From Magnetococcales bacterium HCHbin5 (GTDB lineage: Bacteria; Pseudomonadota; Magnetococcia; Magnetococcales; Magnetaquicoccaceae), in assembly GCA_002753505.1 (NCBI GenBank), contig PEAG01000004.1, positions 47,785-111,784 on the forward strand: DNA of 64,000 bases. The letters are read 5' to 3'. The position numbers were made by a program, and so were the translations under genes. How positions within the stretch are numbered: the first letter of the stretch is position 1; the number at the start of each line of letters is the position of its first letter. Positions 16,467 through 25,769 of this stretch are shown here, piece by piece. The notes beneath the pieces were generated by a model. The model did not search any database and had not been told where the DNA came from. It saw nothing but the letters and a program-made list of their open reading frames with translations.

Positions 16467-19400
16467 ATGGATATTCGGCAGATGGATTCGATTGTCAAAG
16501 GTTTGACCACGCTGTTACGCCTCCAGCCGGGTCGACCGCTGCCGTTGGCGGCGGAGGGGCGGTTTTTCCTGGAGTTGGAGCCTAGAATCCTGTTCGATGG
16601 GGCGGGTTTGTTGCCAGCCGGGTTGGATGATCCTCTTTTTGACGGCCATGGGGCGGAGCCCCCCCAGGATGGTACCCCGCATGGATTGGAGGCGGTTGCA
16701 GAGTTGGCCACCGCCCTGCAGGGACACCTGTTGCCGGAGCAGCCCCTGCGCCGGGAGATTGTGTTTGTCGATCCCCAGGTTGAAACCTATCAAACCCTGC
16801 TGGCCACCGCTGCCCCCGATCGTCTGGTGGTCGTGCTGGATGCTGACCAGGATGGGGTGGAGCAGATTGCCGCCACCCTGGCCCGGCAGGGTTCGTTTGA
16901 TGCCGTTCATATCCTGTCCCACGGCACCACCGCGCAGCTCTCTTTGGGCAACAGCACGCTGTCGGCCGCCAACCTTGACCATTACGAGAAGCTGTTGGCC
17001 CAATGGGGGCAAGCCATCAACCAGACGGGCGATATTCTGATCTATGGCTGTGCGGTGGGAGCCGGGGCAGAAGGGGCCGCCTTTGTGCATCGATTGGCCG
17101 CACTGACCGGCGCGGATGTGGCCGCTTCAGAGGATTTGACCGGGGCGCAAAACAAAGGCGGTGACTGGGATCTGGAGGTGGTCAGCGGCACCATCGATGC
17201 CACAATACCCTTCTCCCCCGAGGGCCAGTCCCACTATGAGGCCATCCTGGCCGCTACCGCCATCAATCTGGCCAGCCTGAATGGTGCGACAGGCTTTCGC
17301 CTGGATGGGGTGACAGCGGGAGATTTGGCGGGCATCTCCGTCCATGCGGCCGGCGACATCAACGGCGATGGCTTTGATGATCTGATCGTCGGGGCCCGCA
17401 ATGCCACCGGCTCCCATGGTGCCAACTCGGGTTCCACTTTTGTGGTATTCGGCCAATCGACCGCCTTTGGTGCCACCTTTGGCTTGAGCAGTCTGAATGG
17501 TGCCAACGGCTTTCGACTGGATGGTGCAGCGGCCGGGGACTATTCCGGTTATTCCGTCAGTGGCATCGGTGATCATAACGGCGACGGTTTTGATGATCTG
17601 CTGATCGGTGCCCACAATGCCTCCGGGGCAGCGGGTGCCAGCTTTGTGCTGTTTGGCCAATCGACCGCCTTTGCCGCCACGGTGGATCTGAATGGCCTGA
17701 CCGGTGCCGATGGCTTTCGCTTGAATGGCGTGACAGCGGGTGACATGTCAGGGAAGTCAGTGAGTGGGGCGGGAGACATCAATGGCGACGGGTTCAGCGA
17801 TCTGCTGATCGGAGCCTACAAGGCGAATCCGAATGGTGAACCCATCAGTCATGGAGTGGGCTATGTGGTCTTCGGCAAAGCGGCGGGTTTCGGGGCCACG
17901 TTTGAGCTGTCCGATTTGAGTGGTGCCAACGGCTTCCGTCTCGATGGGGCGGCGGCTGGTGATTATGCGGGTGTCTCGGTCAGCAATGCCGGTGATATTA
18001 ACGGCGATGGGTATGACGATCTGGTGATTGGGGCCCACTGGGCGAGCCAGGGGGCCGTCACCTACGCTGGGGCCAGCTTTGTGGTCTTTGGCAAAGCGGC
18101 GGGCTTCGGTGCAACCCTCAATCTCTCGACTCTGGATGGCAACAGCGGTTTTCGTCTGGATGGTGTGGTCGGGGGGGTGCCGGGTGATCAGGCGGGCCGT
18201 TCGGTCAGCGCGGCGGGGGATTTCAATGGCGATGGCTATGATGATCTGCTCGTCGGTGCCTACAAGGCGGATCCCAGTGGCGGTGCGGACGCTGGTTCCA
18301 GCTATCTGGTCTTCGGCAAGGCTGCCGGTTTCAGTTCGGTCCTGAACCTTTCCAGCTTGAGCAGCACAAGCGGTTTTCGGCTGGATGGCGGGGCGGCTGG
18401 TGATGAATCGGGCCGTTCGGTATCGGGGATTGGGGATGTCAACGGCGATGGTTTTGCGGATCTCATCATCGGCGCGCGTTATGCGGACCCGACGGCGGCC
18501 AATGCCGGGGCCGCCTATGTGATCTTTGGCCAATCGTCGGGTTTCAGCACCATCAGCCTCTCGGCAAACAGCTTTACCGGCTATTACCTGAACGGCCTGG
18601 CCGCCTCTGATTTTGTCGGTATTGCGGTCAGCGGGGCCGGGGATGTCAATGGGGATGGCTTTGGCGATTTTATCATTGGGGCAACAGGGGCGGATCCGGG
18701 AGCCAGAAACAGTGCGGGCTCCAGTTATCTGCTGTTTGGCAGCGATGCCACCGGTGCGGTGACCTTTTCCGGCACCAGCGGTGCGGATACGCTCACTGGG
18801 GGCACGGCCGGTGCGGAGCGGTTTGTGGCCGGTGCCGGCAACGATACCATGACAGGTGGTGGCGGAGCGGACATTTTTCATGGTGGTGCCGGAGACGATA
18901 CCATCACCGTTGCCGATCTGACCTTTCAATGGGTGGATGGGGGGCGTGGCAGTGACACGCTGGCACTGTCGGGCTCCGGCATGCAGATGAACCTGACCAC
19001 CCTGCGGGGCAGATGGAGTGCCATTGAGATCATTGACCTGACCGGCAGTGGCAACAACCTGTTGACGGTGACAGCATTGGATGTACTGAACCTGTCTGAC
19101 AGCAGCAATACCCTGACGGTCAACGGCAATGCGGGGGACAGTGTGGTGATGGGCAGTGGCTGGACCAGTGGTGGCACGGTGGGCGGTTACCAGATCTATA
19201 CCCAGGGCCAGGCAACCCTGCGGATCAGTGCTGCCACCGGTGCCACGGCTGCGGTTCCCACTTTGACCGCCTTTGCCGCCCCCGCAGGCACGGTCAATGA
19301 AGACAGCCAGGCAACCATCACCCTGGCCGATTTGAAGGCGGTCGGCAACGAAGCGGACGCAGACGGTACGGTGGACGGCTTTGTCATCAAGGCTGTCAGC

Positions 19401-20975
19401 AGCGGGACACTGTGGATCGGTACCAGTTTGGCAGCCGCAACCCCCTGGGCAGCGGGCAGCAATGAGACGGTGGACGCCACCCACAACGCCTATTGGACCG
19501 GGGCGCAGGATGCCAATGGTACACTGAACGCCTTCACAGCGGTCGCAAAAGACAATGCCGGGACAGAATCCAGCACGGCGATACAGCTGCAGATGAGCGT
19601 CACGGCCGTCAACGACAGCCATACCGGCGGTGCCAGCATCAGCGGCACCGCCACCCAGGGTCAAACCCTGACCGCCACCCATACCCTGGCCGATGTGGAT
19701 GGTCTGGGTGCCATCAGTTATCAGTGGAGGGCCAACGGCAGCAATATCAGTGGCGCGACCGGCTCCACCTTTGTTCTGACTGAGGCCCAGGTGGGCAGTA
19801 CCATCACCGTTGTACTCAGTTATACCGATCTGCAAGGGACGGCTGAAAGTGCGACCAGTAGCGCAACCGCAACGGTAGCGGCCCTGGCTTCGCCCCCCAG
19901 CTCTTCCGGGACACCTGCGCCTGCACCCGCACCTGCAAGCCCAACCACCGGTGGCAGTGCAACAGAGGCGGCAACACCGGTTGCCGATTCAGGCGGTTCG
20001 GGCAGCACTGCCACGGCGACAGCGGTGACGGTTGTGCAGACCACGGCCGCTGCGACCGGATTGGATGCGGTGGCTGGCAGCGGTTATGGTGGTTTGATCA
20101 CGGCGGCGAGTGGCACCGCACCAGCCCCTGTCAATCCGGTGATCGAACAGCTTTCTGCGGTCAATGCACTGCTGCTGACCGATCTTTCATTGTCGGTGGT
20201 CGCTGTTATCCCCACGGATACGGTCTTTGCGGCGGTCAGCGGTGATGGGCAGGGCGCAGCAGGCACCCTGGTGCTGGCCAACCCCTCCAATGCCAGCGGT
20301 CGACTCTCCGGCAGCGGTTTGGCGGAGACAGGCGGAGGGAGTGGAACGGGAGAGCATGGAGCCGGGGATATGTTTATCCATTCAGGCCAGGAACGGGAGG
20401 ATGGCTTTTTCAGCAAAAAACGAATACCCGGCATGGAACTGCTGGGGGATGGTCTGATCAAGGTGGCTGGTTTTATCGGGTTGGGTCTGGAAAACGGTGG
20501 GCCTGTCAAGGTGGAAGGGTTTGGGGGCAGCGGCGGCGATGAGCAGGGCATGGCTGTCGAGGGTTTCGGCGGTCGTGCTACGACCGAACGGCCAGTGGCG
20601 GTGGAGGGATTTGGTGATGTGGGCGCGGGGGAGGCCAATCCGGCTGCCCCCGATGGGTTTGGCGATGCAACCGCCGTGAACCATCGGCAGCAGGAGGACG
20701 AGGATGAGCTGTTGATCCAGCAGGAACCCGCCACAGAGCCGGTGAGTGCTTCGGCCCAGGGCTCCGCCGAGGCGGTTGGGGCAAAGCAGGAGGCGGAAGA
20801 AAACCAGGATGCTGTCGGCGACGAGGATGACAGCAGCGCACAGGTGCCGGAAAACCAGCCGACAAGGGCAGGAAAGCCCGCATTTACGGCCCAGCTCTCC
20901 CCGTTTGGTGCCAAGGGATTTCATCAGGCCAGCATGGCACTGCTCAAAAAAATGATTGAGTCTCCGGTGAAATAG
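16467..20975 (+). CDS. giant secreted DUF4347 / FG-GAP (7-blade) / RTX-repeat adhesin-like protein
   Basis: ATG at 16467 with AGGAGA about 8 nt upstream. LEPRILFDGA opening and a DUF4347-like block (VFVD...HILSHG...LLIYGC...GGDWDLE). Seven GDxNGDG[FY]xDLxxGA FG-GAP repeats. RTX nonapeptides (GGAGNDTMTGGGGADIFHGGAGDDTI). Ig/cadherin-like VNDxxTG modules. Low-complexity acidic tail. Confidence 0.85.
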   Translation: MDIRQMDSIVKGLTTLLRLQPGRPLPLAAEGRFFLELEPRILFDGAGLLPAGLDDPLFDGHGAEPPQDGTPHGLEAVAELATALQGHLLPEQPLRREIVFVDPQVETYQTLLATAAPDRLVVVLDADQDGVEQIAATLARQGSFDAVHILSHGTTAQLSLGNSTLSAANLDHYEKLLAQWGQAINQTGDILIYGCAVGAGAEGAAFVHRLAALTGADVAASEDLTGAQNKGGDWDLEVVSGTIDATIPFSPEGQSHYEAILAATAINLASLNGATGFRLDGVTAGDLAGISVHAAGDINGDGFDDLIVGARNATGSHGANSGSTFVVFGQSTAFGATFGLSSLNGANGFRLDGAAAGDYSGYSVSGIGDHNGDGFDDLLIGAHNASGAAGASFVLFGQSTAFAATVDLNGLTGADGFRLNGVTAGDMSGKSVSGAGDINGDGFSDLLIGAYKANPNGEPISHGVGYVVFGKAAGFGATFELSDLSGANGFRLDGAAAGDYAGVSVSNAGDINGDGYDDLVIGAHWASQGAVTYAGASFVVFGKAAGFGATLNLSTLDGNSGFRLDGVVGGVPGDQAGRSVSAAGDFNGDGYDDLLVGAYKADPSGGADAGSSYLVFGKAAGFSSVLNLSSLSSTSGFRLDGGAAGDESGRSVSGIGDVNGDGFADLIIGARYADPTAANAGAAYVIFGQSSGFSTISLSANSFTGYYLNGLAASDFVGIAVSGAGDVNGDGFGDFIIGATGADPGARNSAGSSYLLFGSDATGAVTFSGTSGADTLTGGTAGAERFVAGAGNDTMTGGGGADIFHGGAGDDTITVADLTFQWVDGGRGSDTLALSGSGMQMNLTTLRGRWSAIEIIDLTGSGNNLLTVTALDVLNLSDSSNTLTVNGNAGDSVVMGSGWTSGGTVGGYQIYTQGQATLRISAATGATAAVPTLTAFAAPAGTVNEDSQATITLADLKAVGNEADADGTVDGFVIKAVSSGTLWIGTSLAAATPWAAGSNETVDATHNAYWTGAQDANGTLNAFTAVAKDNAGTESSTAIQLQMSVTAVNDSHTGGASISGTATQGQTLTATHTLADVDGLGAISYQWRANGSNISGATGSTFVLTEAQVGSTITVVLSYTDLQGTAESATSSATATVAALASPPSSSGTPAPAPAPASPTTGGSATEAATPVADSGGSGSTATATAVTVVQTTAAATGLDAVAGSGYGGLITAASGTAPAPVNPVIEQLSAVNALLLTDLSLSVVAVIPTDTVFAAVSGDGQGAAGTLVLANPSNASGRLSGSGLAETGGGSGTGEHGAGDMFIHSGQEREDGFFSKKRIPGMELLGDGLIKVAGFIGLGLENGGPVKVEGFGGSGGDEQGMAVEGFGGRATTERPVAVEGFGDVGAGEANPAAPDGFGDATAVNHRQQEDEDELLIQQEPATEPVSASAQGSAEAVGAKQEAEENQDAVGDEDDSSAQVPENQPTRAGKPAFTAQLSPFGAKGFHQASMALLKKMIESPVK

Positions 20976-20991
20976 CCTGGTTTTGCCACGA

Positions 20992-22698
20992 TCAGCCACC
21001 GGATCCGGCGGTTGCTGCGGGCTGCTCCTCCTCTTTTCCGGTTTTTTCAGTGGCCTGTTTTTTCCCGGCAGCCGTTGGTGTCGGCTGCTGACCTTGTTCC
21101 GGCAGCAAATATTTGCGATACTCGGCCCGCCTTTCGTCCGCCAGCAGCATGACCAGCAGCGACTGGATCAGGTTGGCGATGGCCTCTGTCTGCTCGGACA
21201 GGGTATGGTTGGAGATGCTGCTCTGCTGGATCAGATGATAGTTGGCTGTCGCCATATCCCGCAGCATGGCCAGCTCCCCTTGCAGATCGCTGATCAATTC
21301 AGCCTGCTTGAGGGAGGCGGTCTGTACCTCGCCGGACCACCCGGTCAGCCGGGTTGTCCCCTCTGTGACAAAGAGGATGTTTTCAGCGGCCTGCTTGACA
21401 TCATCCCGCCCCGTTTTGATCTCCCGGTAGGCACTCTCCAGCAGGCTGACCACCCCGTCAATCAGCTGGATAATGTTTTGACTGAGCCCCTTGATCTCAT
21501 CGGTAAAGATGGCAAAACCCCGGCTGGCCTCCTGACGGGAGGCCTCGGCACTGGCACTGGTTGCCAACAGGTTGACCTGCATGGTGCTGTTGCTGAGAGC
21601 CTGCATGTTGCGTTGCATCTGCTCGCACAGACCGACCGAACGATTGGCAACTTCTCGAAATTTCATGATAAAACCATCTGCATTTCTGGCTTTTGTTTCG
21701 GTTTCCCTGGAAAGCGCGCTTGTCTCTGCCATGATGCGGATGGTGTTGGCGGTCAGGCCCTCCAGGATGGTCAGGGCACCGCTTGAGGCACGCATGGACT
21801 CCTGTCGGCTGTCATCATTGCTGGTGAGGTGTACGAAGGTGCTGCCAATCTGTTGGGCCGAATTGAGCAAAAAATCGGCCTTTTTGCGAAACGGTTCTGC
21901 CAGGTTGCGCAGGGTGTCCACCTGCTGTCGCAAACGGCGCAGATGGGTGCTGTGAATGGCAACGACCAGGAAGAGACCACCCACAACAAAAAGGGCCATG
22001 ATCAGGACAAAGGCAACCCAGAGTAGATAATGGGCCTTGTATGCCTCGGATGTCAGGTTGCGGGAGAGTTCCCGGGTGGCATCAAACGCCTGTTTCAATT
22101 TGTTGCCCAGCCGCTTGGTCTCATCATCCAGCGATGAGGTGTTGGCACTGAGATTTTTTAAATATTCCTGTTCCGCTTCCGCCAGTGTCTGGTTGCCGTT
22201 GCCGGTGATAATGCCGGCTTTGGTCAGAAAGCGATATTTGTATATGTTGCGAATGATATTGCCGGCCAAATGTTCAAAGTCGGCATGTATCTTTTGAAAG
22301 TCGCTGATAATGCTTTTGACCTGTTCCAACTGCCGTCTGTCGGCGTCCGATTGGGCGTTTTCCATCCCCTTCTGGGCCAAATATCGGGCCTCAACCAGCA
22401 CATTGGTCAGTCGGCGGCCCGAATTGGCGAAGGCCTCGTTGGCCACCTCAAACTTGCCCCGATCGTCGGTTTCACCAAACAGAAACGCCTCGTTGATGTG
22501 CAATGTCTGATCCAGTTGTTGGCGGGTGGCCTCCGAAACGGCCAATGCCAGGGCAATGTCTTCCCGATCCAGCTTTGCCAACCGGTTTTCCAACTGGCGG
22601 TTCATATGGATGCCAAACAGCCCCATGGCCAACGTGGTGAGTCCCAGGAACAGAAACAACACGGTAAGCTGGCCCGACAATTTCATATTTTTTAACAT
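20992..22698 (-). CDS. methyl-accepting chemotaxis protein (divergent signalling hairpin)
   Basis: Two TM spans flank a helical periplasmic domain. The MCP tip-like segment NLLATSASAEASRQEASRGFAIFTDEIKGL compares with the canonical [31 protein letters not shown]. It lies 16-31 nt downstream of the channel gene. The start is either ATG 22698 or TTG 22713. Confidence 0.75.
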   Translation of the reverse strand: MLKNMKLSGQLTVLFLFLGLTTLAMGLFGIHMNRQLENRLAKLDREDIALALAVSEATRQQLDQTLHINEAFLFGETDDRGKFEVANEAFANSGRRLTNVLVEARYLAQKGMENAQSDADRRQLEQVKSIISDFQKIHADFEHLAGNIIRNIYKYRFLTKAGIITGNGNQTLAEAEQEYLKNLSANTSSLDDETKRLGNKLKQAFDATRELSRNLTSEAYKAHYLLWVAFVLIMALFVVGGLFLVVAIHSTHLRRLRQQVDTLRNLAEPFRKKADFLLNSAQQIGSTFVHLTSNDDSRQESMRASSGALTILEGLTANTIRIMAETSALSRETETKARNADGFIMKFREVANRSVGLCEQMQRNMQALSNSTMQVNLLATSASAEASRQEASRGFAIFTDEIKGLSQNIIQLIDGVVSLLESAYREIKTGRDDVKQAAENILFVTEGTTRLTGWSGEVQTASLKQAELISDLQGELAMLRDMATANYHLIQQSSISNHTLSEQTEAIANLIQSLLVMLLADERRAEYRKYLLPEQGQQPTPTAAGKKQATEKTGKEEEQPAATAGSGG

Positions 22699-22729
22699 AG
22701 CGGTCACTTGCAAAAAGTGTGGACAGTGA

Positions 22730-24853
22730 TCAAAATTTTTCCCGGAATAAAATCAGTACAACGCCCAGAACCAACAGCGGATAGATTGCCATGGCGACCA
22801 GGTCCAGCTTTTGGGCGGCATCCACCCTCTTGATGTTCACCAGATAGTTGACAAAGGCTGTTTCAACGATGGTGAGAAAAAACAACACGTAGGATGAAAG
22901 AAAAAAAATATCCCCGCGTACCAGATAGCCTACCCCCAATTTGTTGACATTATGATAGGCCATGGCACTCAACATGGTGGTGATTCCCACGGAGTAGCGG
23001 GTGGAGAGTACGTCATAGCCTATGCTGAAAATCACATAAGCCGTGGTCACCAGCACCAGAAGCGGCAACAGGGTGATCATGTAACTGCCCCATTTGCGTT
23101 CCAGCAAGACCTGGTAATTGTATTGAGAGTGATCCAGCACAAACAGTTTATTGTCAAATTTAGGGTTTCGATAACTCCAGAGAAAATCTTTTTGAGTGGT
23201 AAACTGCATATGATTGATATCCTTCCAGGGTCCAAAGTCCAGCTTTCTGGTCAGGAAAGAGTCATCGTCAATATCGGTGACCAGGATCAAATCCTCGTTG
23301 GTTTTTGCTTTGGGTTTGATGCGGATTTTTAATGTCTGTCTGTCGAACGGATAGTCATGCAAAGGGAAAAAGTCGGCCATACGGGCAGAGACGATATAAG
23401 AGATAAAATTATTATTCGTATTCTTGTCAAAATATTTTTCCCGGACGGCGGCGGTCAACACCTTGCCGTAGGTCATTTCAAAGTCCAGATTTTTATTCTT
23501 GCCCGGATCCCAGCGGAACCAGAGGTTAAAGTTGGCGACAAATTGGCCGGCCACCGGATCAAACGACTCCACCTCGTTCAGGTGTATGCCGGTGTAGACC
23601 ACCGTCGCCCGTTTCATGAACTGGTTATCCATGAAGAATATGTCGGAATTTTTTTGCCTGATTTTGGCCAGCTCCTGATATTTGACGTGGGTCAGTTGAA
23701 AACGGGCGGGGATGTATCGGCCATGTTTCACCTGTCCCACCCACAAATTGCGACGGCTGGAACCCAGCTCATTGAAATAGAGGTCACCCGCAATGCTGGG
23801 CATGGCGTCCTGCTGGGTCACCATTTTGCGCAACAGGTTGCGCAGGTCGGTGCCCTCCGGGCCGGCTTGACGGATGGCATGGGCGATCAGGCGGGTGGCT
23901 TCATAGGTGTAGGTGGAGACCCAGTCCGGCTCTTGCTGAAATTCCCGCAGATAATCAACCTGATAATTTTTGGAAGCCTCGCCAAACAGGCTGGGCAGGT
24001 AGGGGGTGACGGCATAGACATCCTCTGCATAGATGCCTGCATGACGAATAAACTGGTTGCCACCCAGGCTTTCACCCCCGATCACATCGGTTTCCACCCC
24101 ATTTTTCCGCAAAAATTTAATCATTCTGGCCGCATTGACATAGTTCATGGCCAGAAAAATCACATCGGCGTCCGACAACGCCTTGAGCCGACTTTTGAGC
24201 AGATCAATGTTGGCCTGCCGGTAATCCAACTCCACGGCCACCGACGGAACCACTTCATTGACGGCCATTTCTGCCGCGAAATATTCCTTCAGGGAGCGGC
24301 CATAGGGGGTCTTGTCGTTGATAATGGCCACATTTTTCCGATCCAGTCCGTGCAGGATATAGTTGGCCAGAAAACGGGCCTGATAAAAATCATCGGGCAT
24401 CAGGCTGAAGGCCCAATCATTGTTGGCGGTCAAGGCGGGCAGGGTGGCGGAGGGTGAGATAAAGGGAATTTTATGGGCTTTGTAAATTTCGCCACCCGCA
24501 ATGGTCGCCATACTGAAATAGTGGCCGACAACCGCCACAAGATTGGGTACTGCCATCAATCTTTTGGCACTTCTTTCTGCGTAGGTGCTGACATTGGCCG
24601 CACTCCGGTCGTCGGATACGGCCAGTTTGAGTTCATATTTTTCCAACTCTCCGCTCTGGTTGATATCCTGGATGGCCAACGCCACCCCCCGTTGCATGGA
24701 GAGTCCCACATCCTTGAACGGTCCAGACATGGGAGCGGCCAGGCCAACATGCAGCACCTCCTTTTGTTGGGAGAGTGCCAGCCCCAGATAGGCCATGCTC
24801 GCCAACAGCACCAGCACACCCACCACGAGCAGGAAAAATTTTATCCTGGCCAT
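22730..24853 (-). CDS. type-I periplasmic binding protein (LivK/Peripla_BP_6-like) fused to a prokaryotic pentameric ligand-gated ion channel
   Basis: aa 30-380 resemble Leu/Ile/Val-type PBPs (VGLAAPMSGPF...GVALAIQDIN...VVGHYFS). aa about 400-707 carry the Cys-loop-region signature YPFDRQTLKIRI, a pre-M1 LERKWGSY, and four TM helices with a short M3-M4 loop. Confidence 0.8.
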   Translation of the reverse strand: MARIKFFLLVVGVLVLLASMAYLGLALSQQKEVLHVGLAAPMSGPFKDVGLSMQRGVALAIQDINQSGELEKYELKLAVSDDRSAANVSTYAERSAKRLMAVPNLVAVVGHYFSMATIAGGEIYKAHKIPFISPSATLPALTANNDWAFSLMPDDFYQARFLANYILHGLDRKNVAIINDKTPYGRSLKEYFAAEMAVNEVVPSVAVELDYRQANIDLLKSRLKALSDADVIFLAMNYVNAARMIKFLRKNGVETDVIGGESLGGNQFIRHAGIYAEDVYAVTPYLPSLFGEASKNYQVDYLREFQQEPDWVSTYTYEATRLIAHAIRQAGPEGTDLRNLLRKMVTQQDAMPSIAGDLYFNELGSSRRNLWVGQVKHGRYIPARFQLTHVKYQELAKIRQKNSDIFFMDNQFMKRATVVYTGIHLNEVESFDPVAGQFVANFNLWFRWDPGKNKNLDFEMTYGKVLTAAVREKYFDKNTNNNFISYIVSARMADFFPLHDYPFDRQTLKIRIKPKAKTNEDLILVTDIDDDSFLTRKLDFGPWKDINHMQFTTQKDFLWSYRNPKFDNKLFVLDHSQYNYQVLLERKWGSYMITLLPLLVLVTTAYVIFSIGYDVLSTRYSVGITTMLSAMAYHNVNKLGVGYLVRGDIFFLSSYVLFFLTIVETAFVNYLVNIKRVDAAQKLDLVAMAIYPLLVLGVVLILFREKF

Positions 24854-24906
24854 ATCATTCCACGTTAAAGCACTGAATTAATATAATGATACCCAAGAGA
24901 GAGGTA

Positions 24907-25437
24907 TCAGGGATCCGTCTCTTCCCGATTGGTATTGTCCGGTCGGTTGGAGGAGTGGTCCGGGTCGGGATTGACAATGCACTGGCCGTGGCCATCCCAC
25001 AGGCGAATCGTTAAACCGGCATCCGGCGTATAACACTGCACCGAAGTCGTATCATCTCCGGCAGCGATCTCCTGCGGATCGGTTCCAAACCAGCCAAAAC
25101 GGCCCCGATAGCCCTGACCACTGGTCGTTATCGCTCCCGTTGCGTTGCTCTCCTGCGCAGCGGCGGTTGTCTTGCGCGGCGTGGCTGTCGGTTGGGTCGG
25201 GGCGGCCTGGGGTTCAACACCCTGTGACAGCCCGGGGGCAAGTGAAACGGAGAGCAGCAACCATAGAAGCCACCGGCTGTTTCGTCTCCCGGATACGCCG
25301 TTTGATAAAAAGGCACCGGCAGCCGAACGATCGTGAATATGCCCCTGATACATCCCCATGGAACGCTCCCGTGATGCCATACCATAAACCGTTGGGAGCC
25401 GATCAAGGTTGGGTCCGACTATCCAACAGAGGCCCAA
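24907..25437 (-). CDS. small secreted hypothetical protein (possible Tat/Sec signal)
   Basis: GRRNSRWLLWLLLSVSLAPGLSQG signal-like segment, then a roughly 100-aa mature part with 2 Cys. It ends 53 nt upstream of the channel gene on the same strand. The start is ambiguous (25437, 25380 or 25359). Confidence 0.4.
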   Translation of the reverse strand: MGLCWIVGPNLDRLPTVYGMASRERSMGMYQGHIHDRSAAGAFLSNGVSGRRNSRWLLWLLLSVSLAPGLSQGVEPQAAPTQPTATPRKTTAAAQESNATGAITTSGQGYRGRFGWFGTDPQEIAAGDDTTSVQCYTPDAGLTIRLWDGHGQCIVNPDPDHSSNRPDNTNREETDP

Positions 25438-25769
25438 ACCTCATCAAGCATTGGAATGTCCAAGCAATATTCATGCTAAAAACAGTGTGATTTGCTTTTG
25501 CATCTATTGCCGCTCTTTTGTTATCCTGTATTAAAAACAAACATTTTTTTGTTTTGTACGGTGGATGTATTCATGGCGGAAGTGTTCAATTCCGGCCGTT
25601 GGGTGAGGTGGATGGCAGGGAGGCAAATGCAGGTATGGCTGTTGCATCTGCTTGGCATTGGAGTGGATATTATAACAGTGGCTGTGTATTTCGGGTTTTA
25701 CATGCGTGCCGCAGTTTGTTACAGTTTATCGCTGCAGGGTATGCACTCGTCAGGGCAGGGAGGATCCCA

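Noticed and set aside
17757-19835. Very long antisense or alternative-frame ORFs. Examples: 17757..19835 (692 aa), 3098..4465, 40585..42186, 42248..43312, 47456..48541, 48388..49659, 52510..53808, 31255..32661, 62837..63898.
   Set aside because: These are typical high-GC shadow ORFs opposite well-supported genes. Their translations are low-complexity (Arg/Gly/Pro/His/Gln-rich) and carry no recognisable motifs.
25518-25769. 84-codon N-terminal extension of the hybrid kinase ORF.
   Set aside because: The extension lies in an AT-rich intergenic-looking region. The ATG at 25770 has GGGAGGA 6 nt upstream and is followed directly by the expected TM segment.
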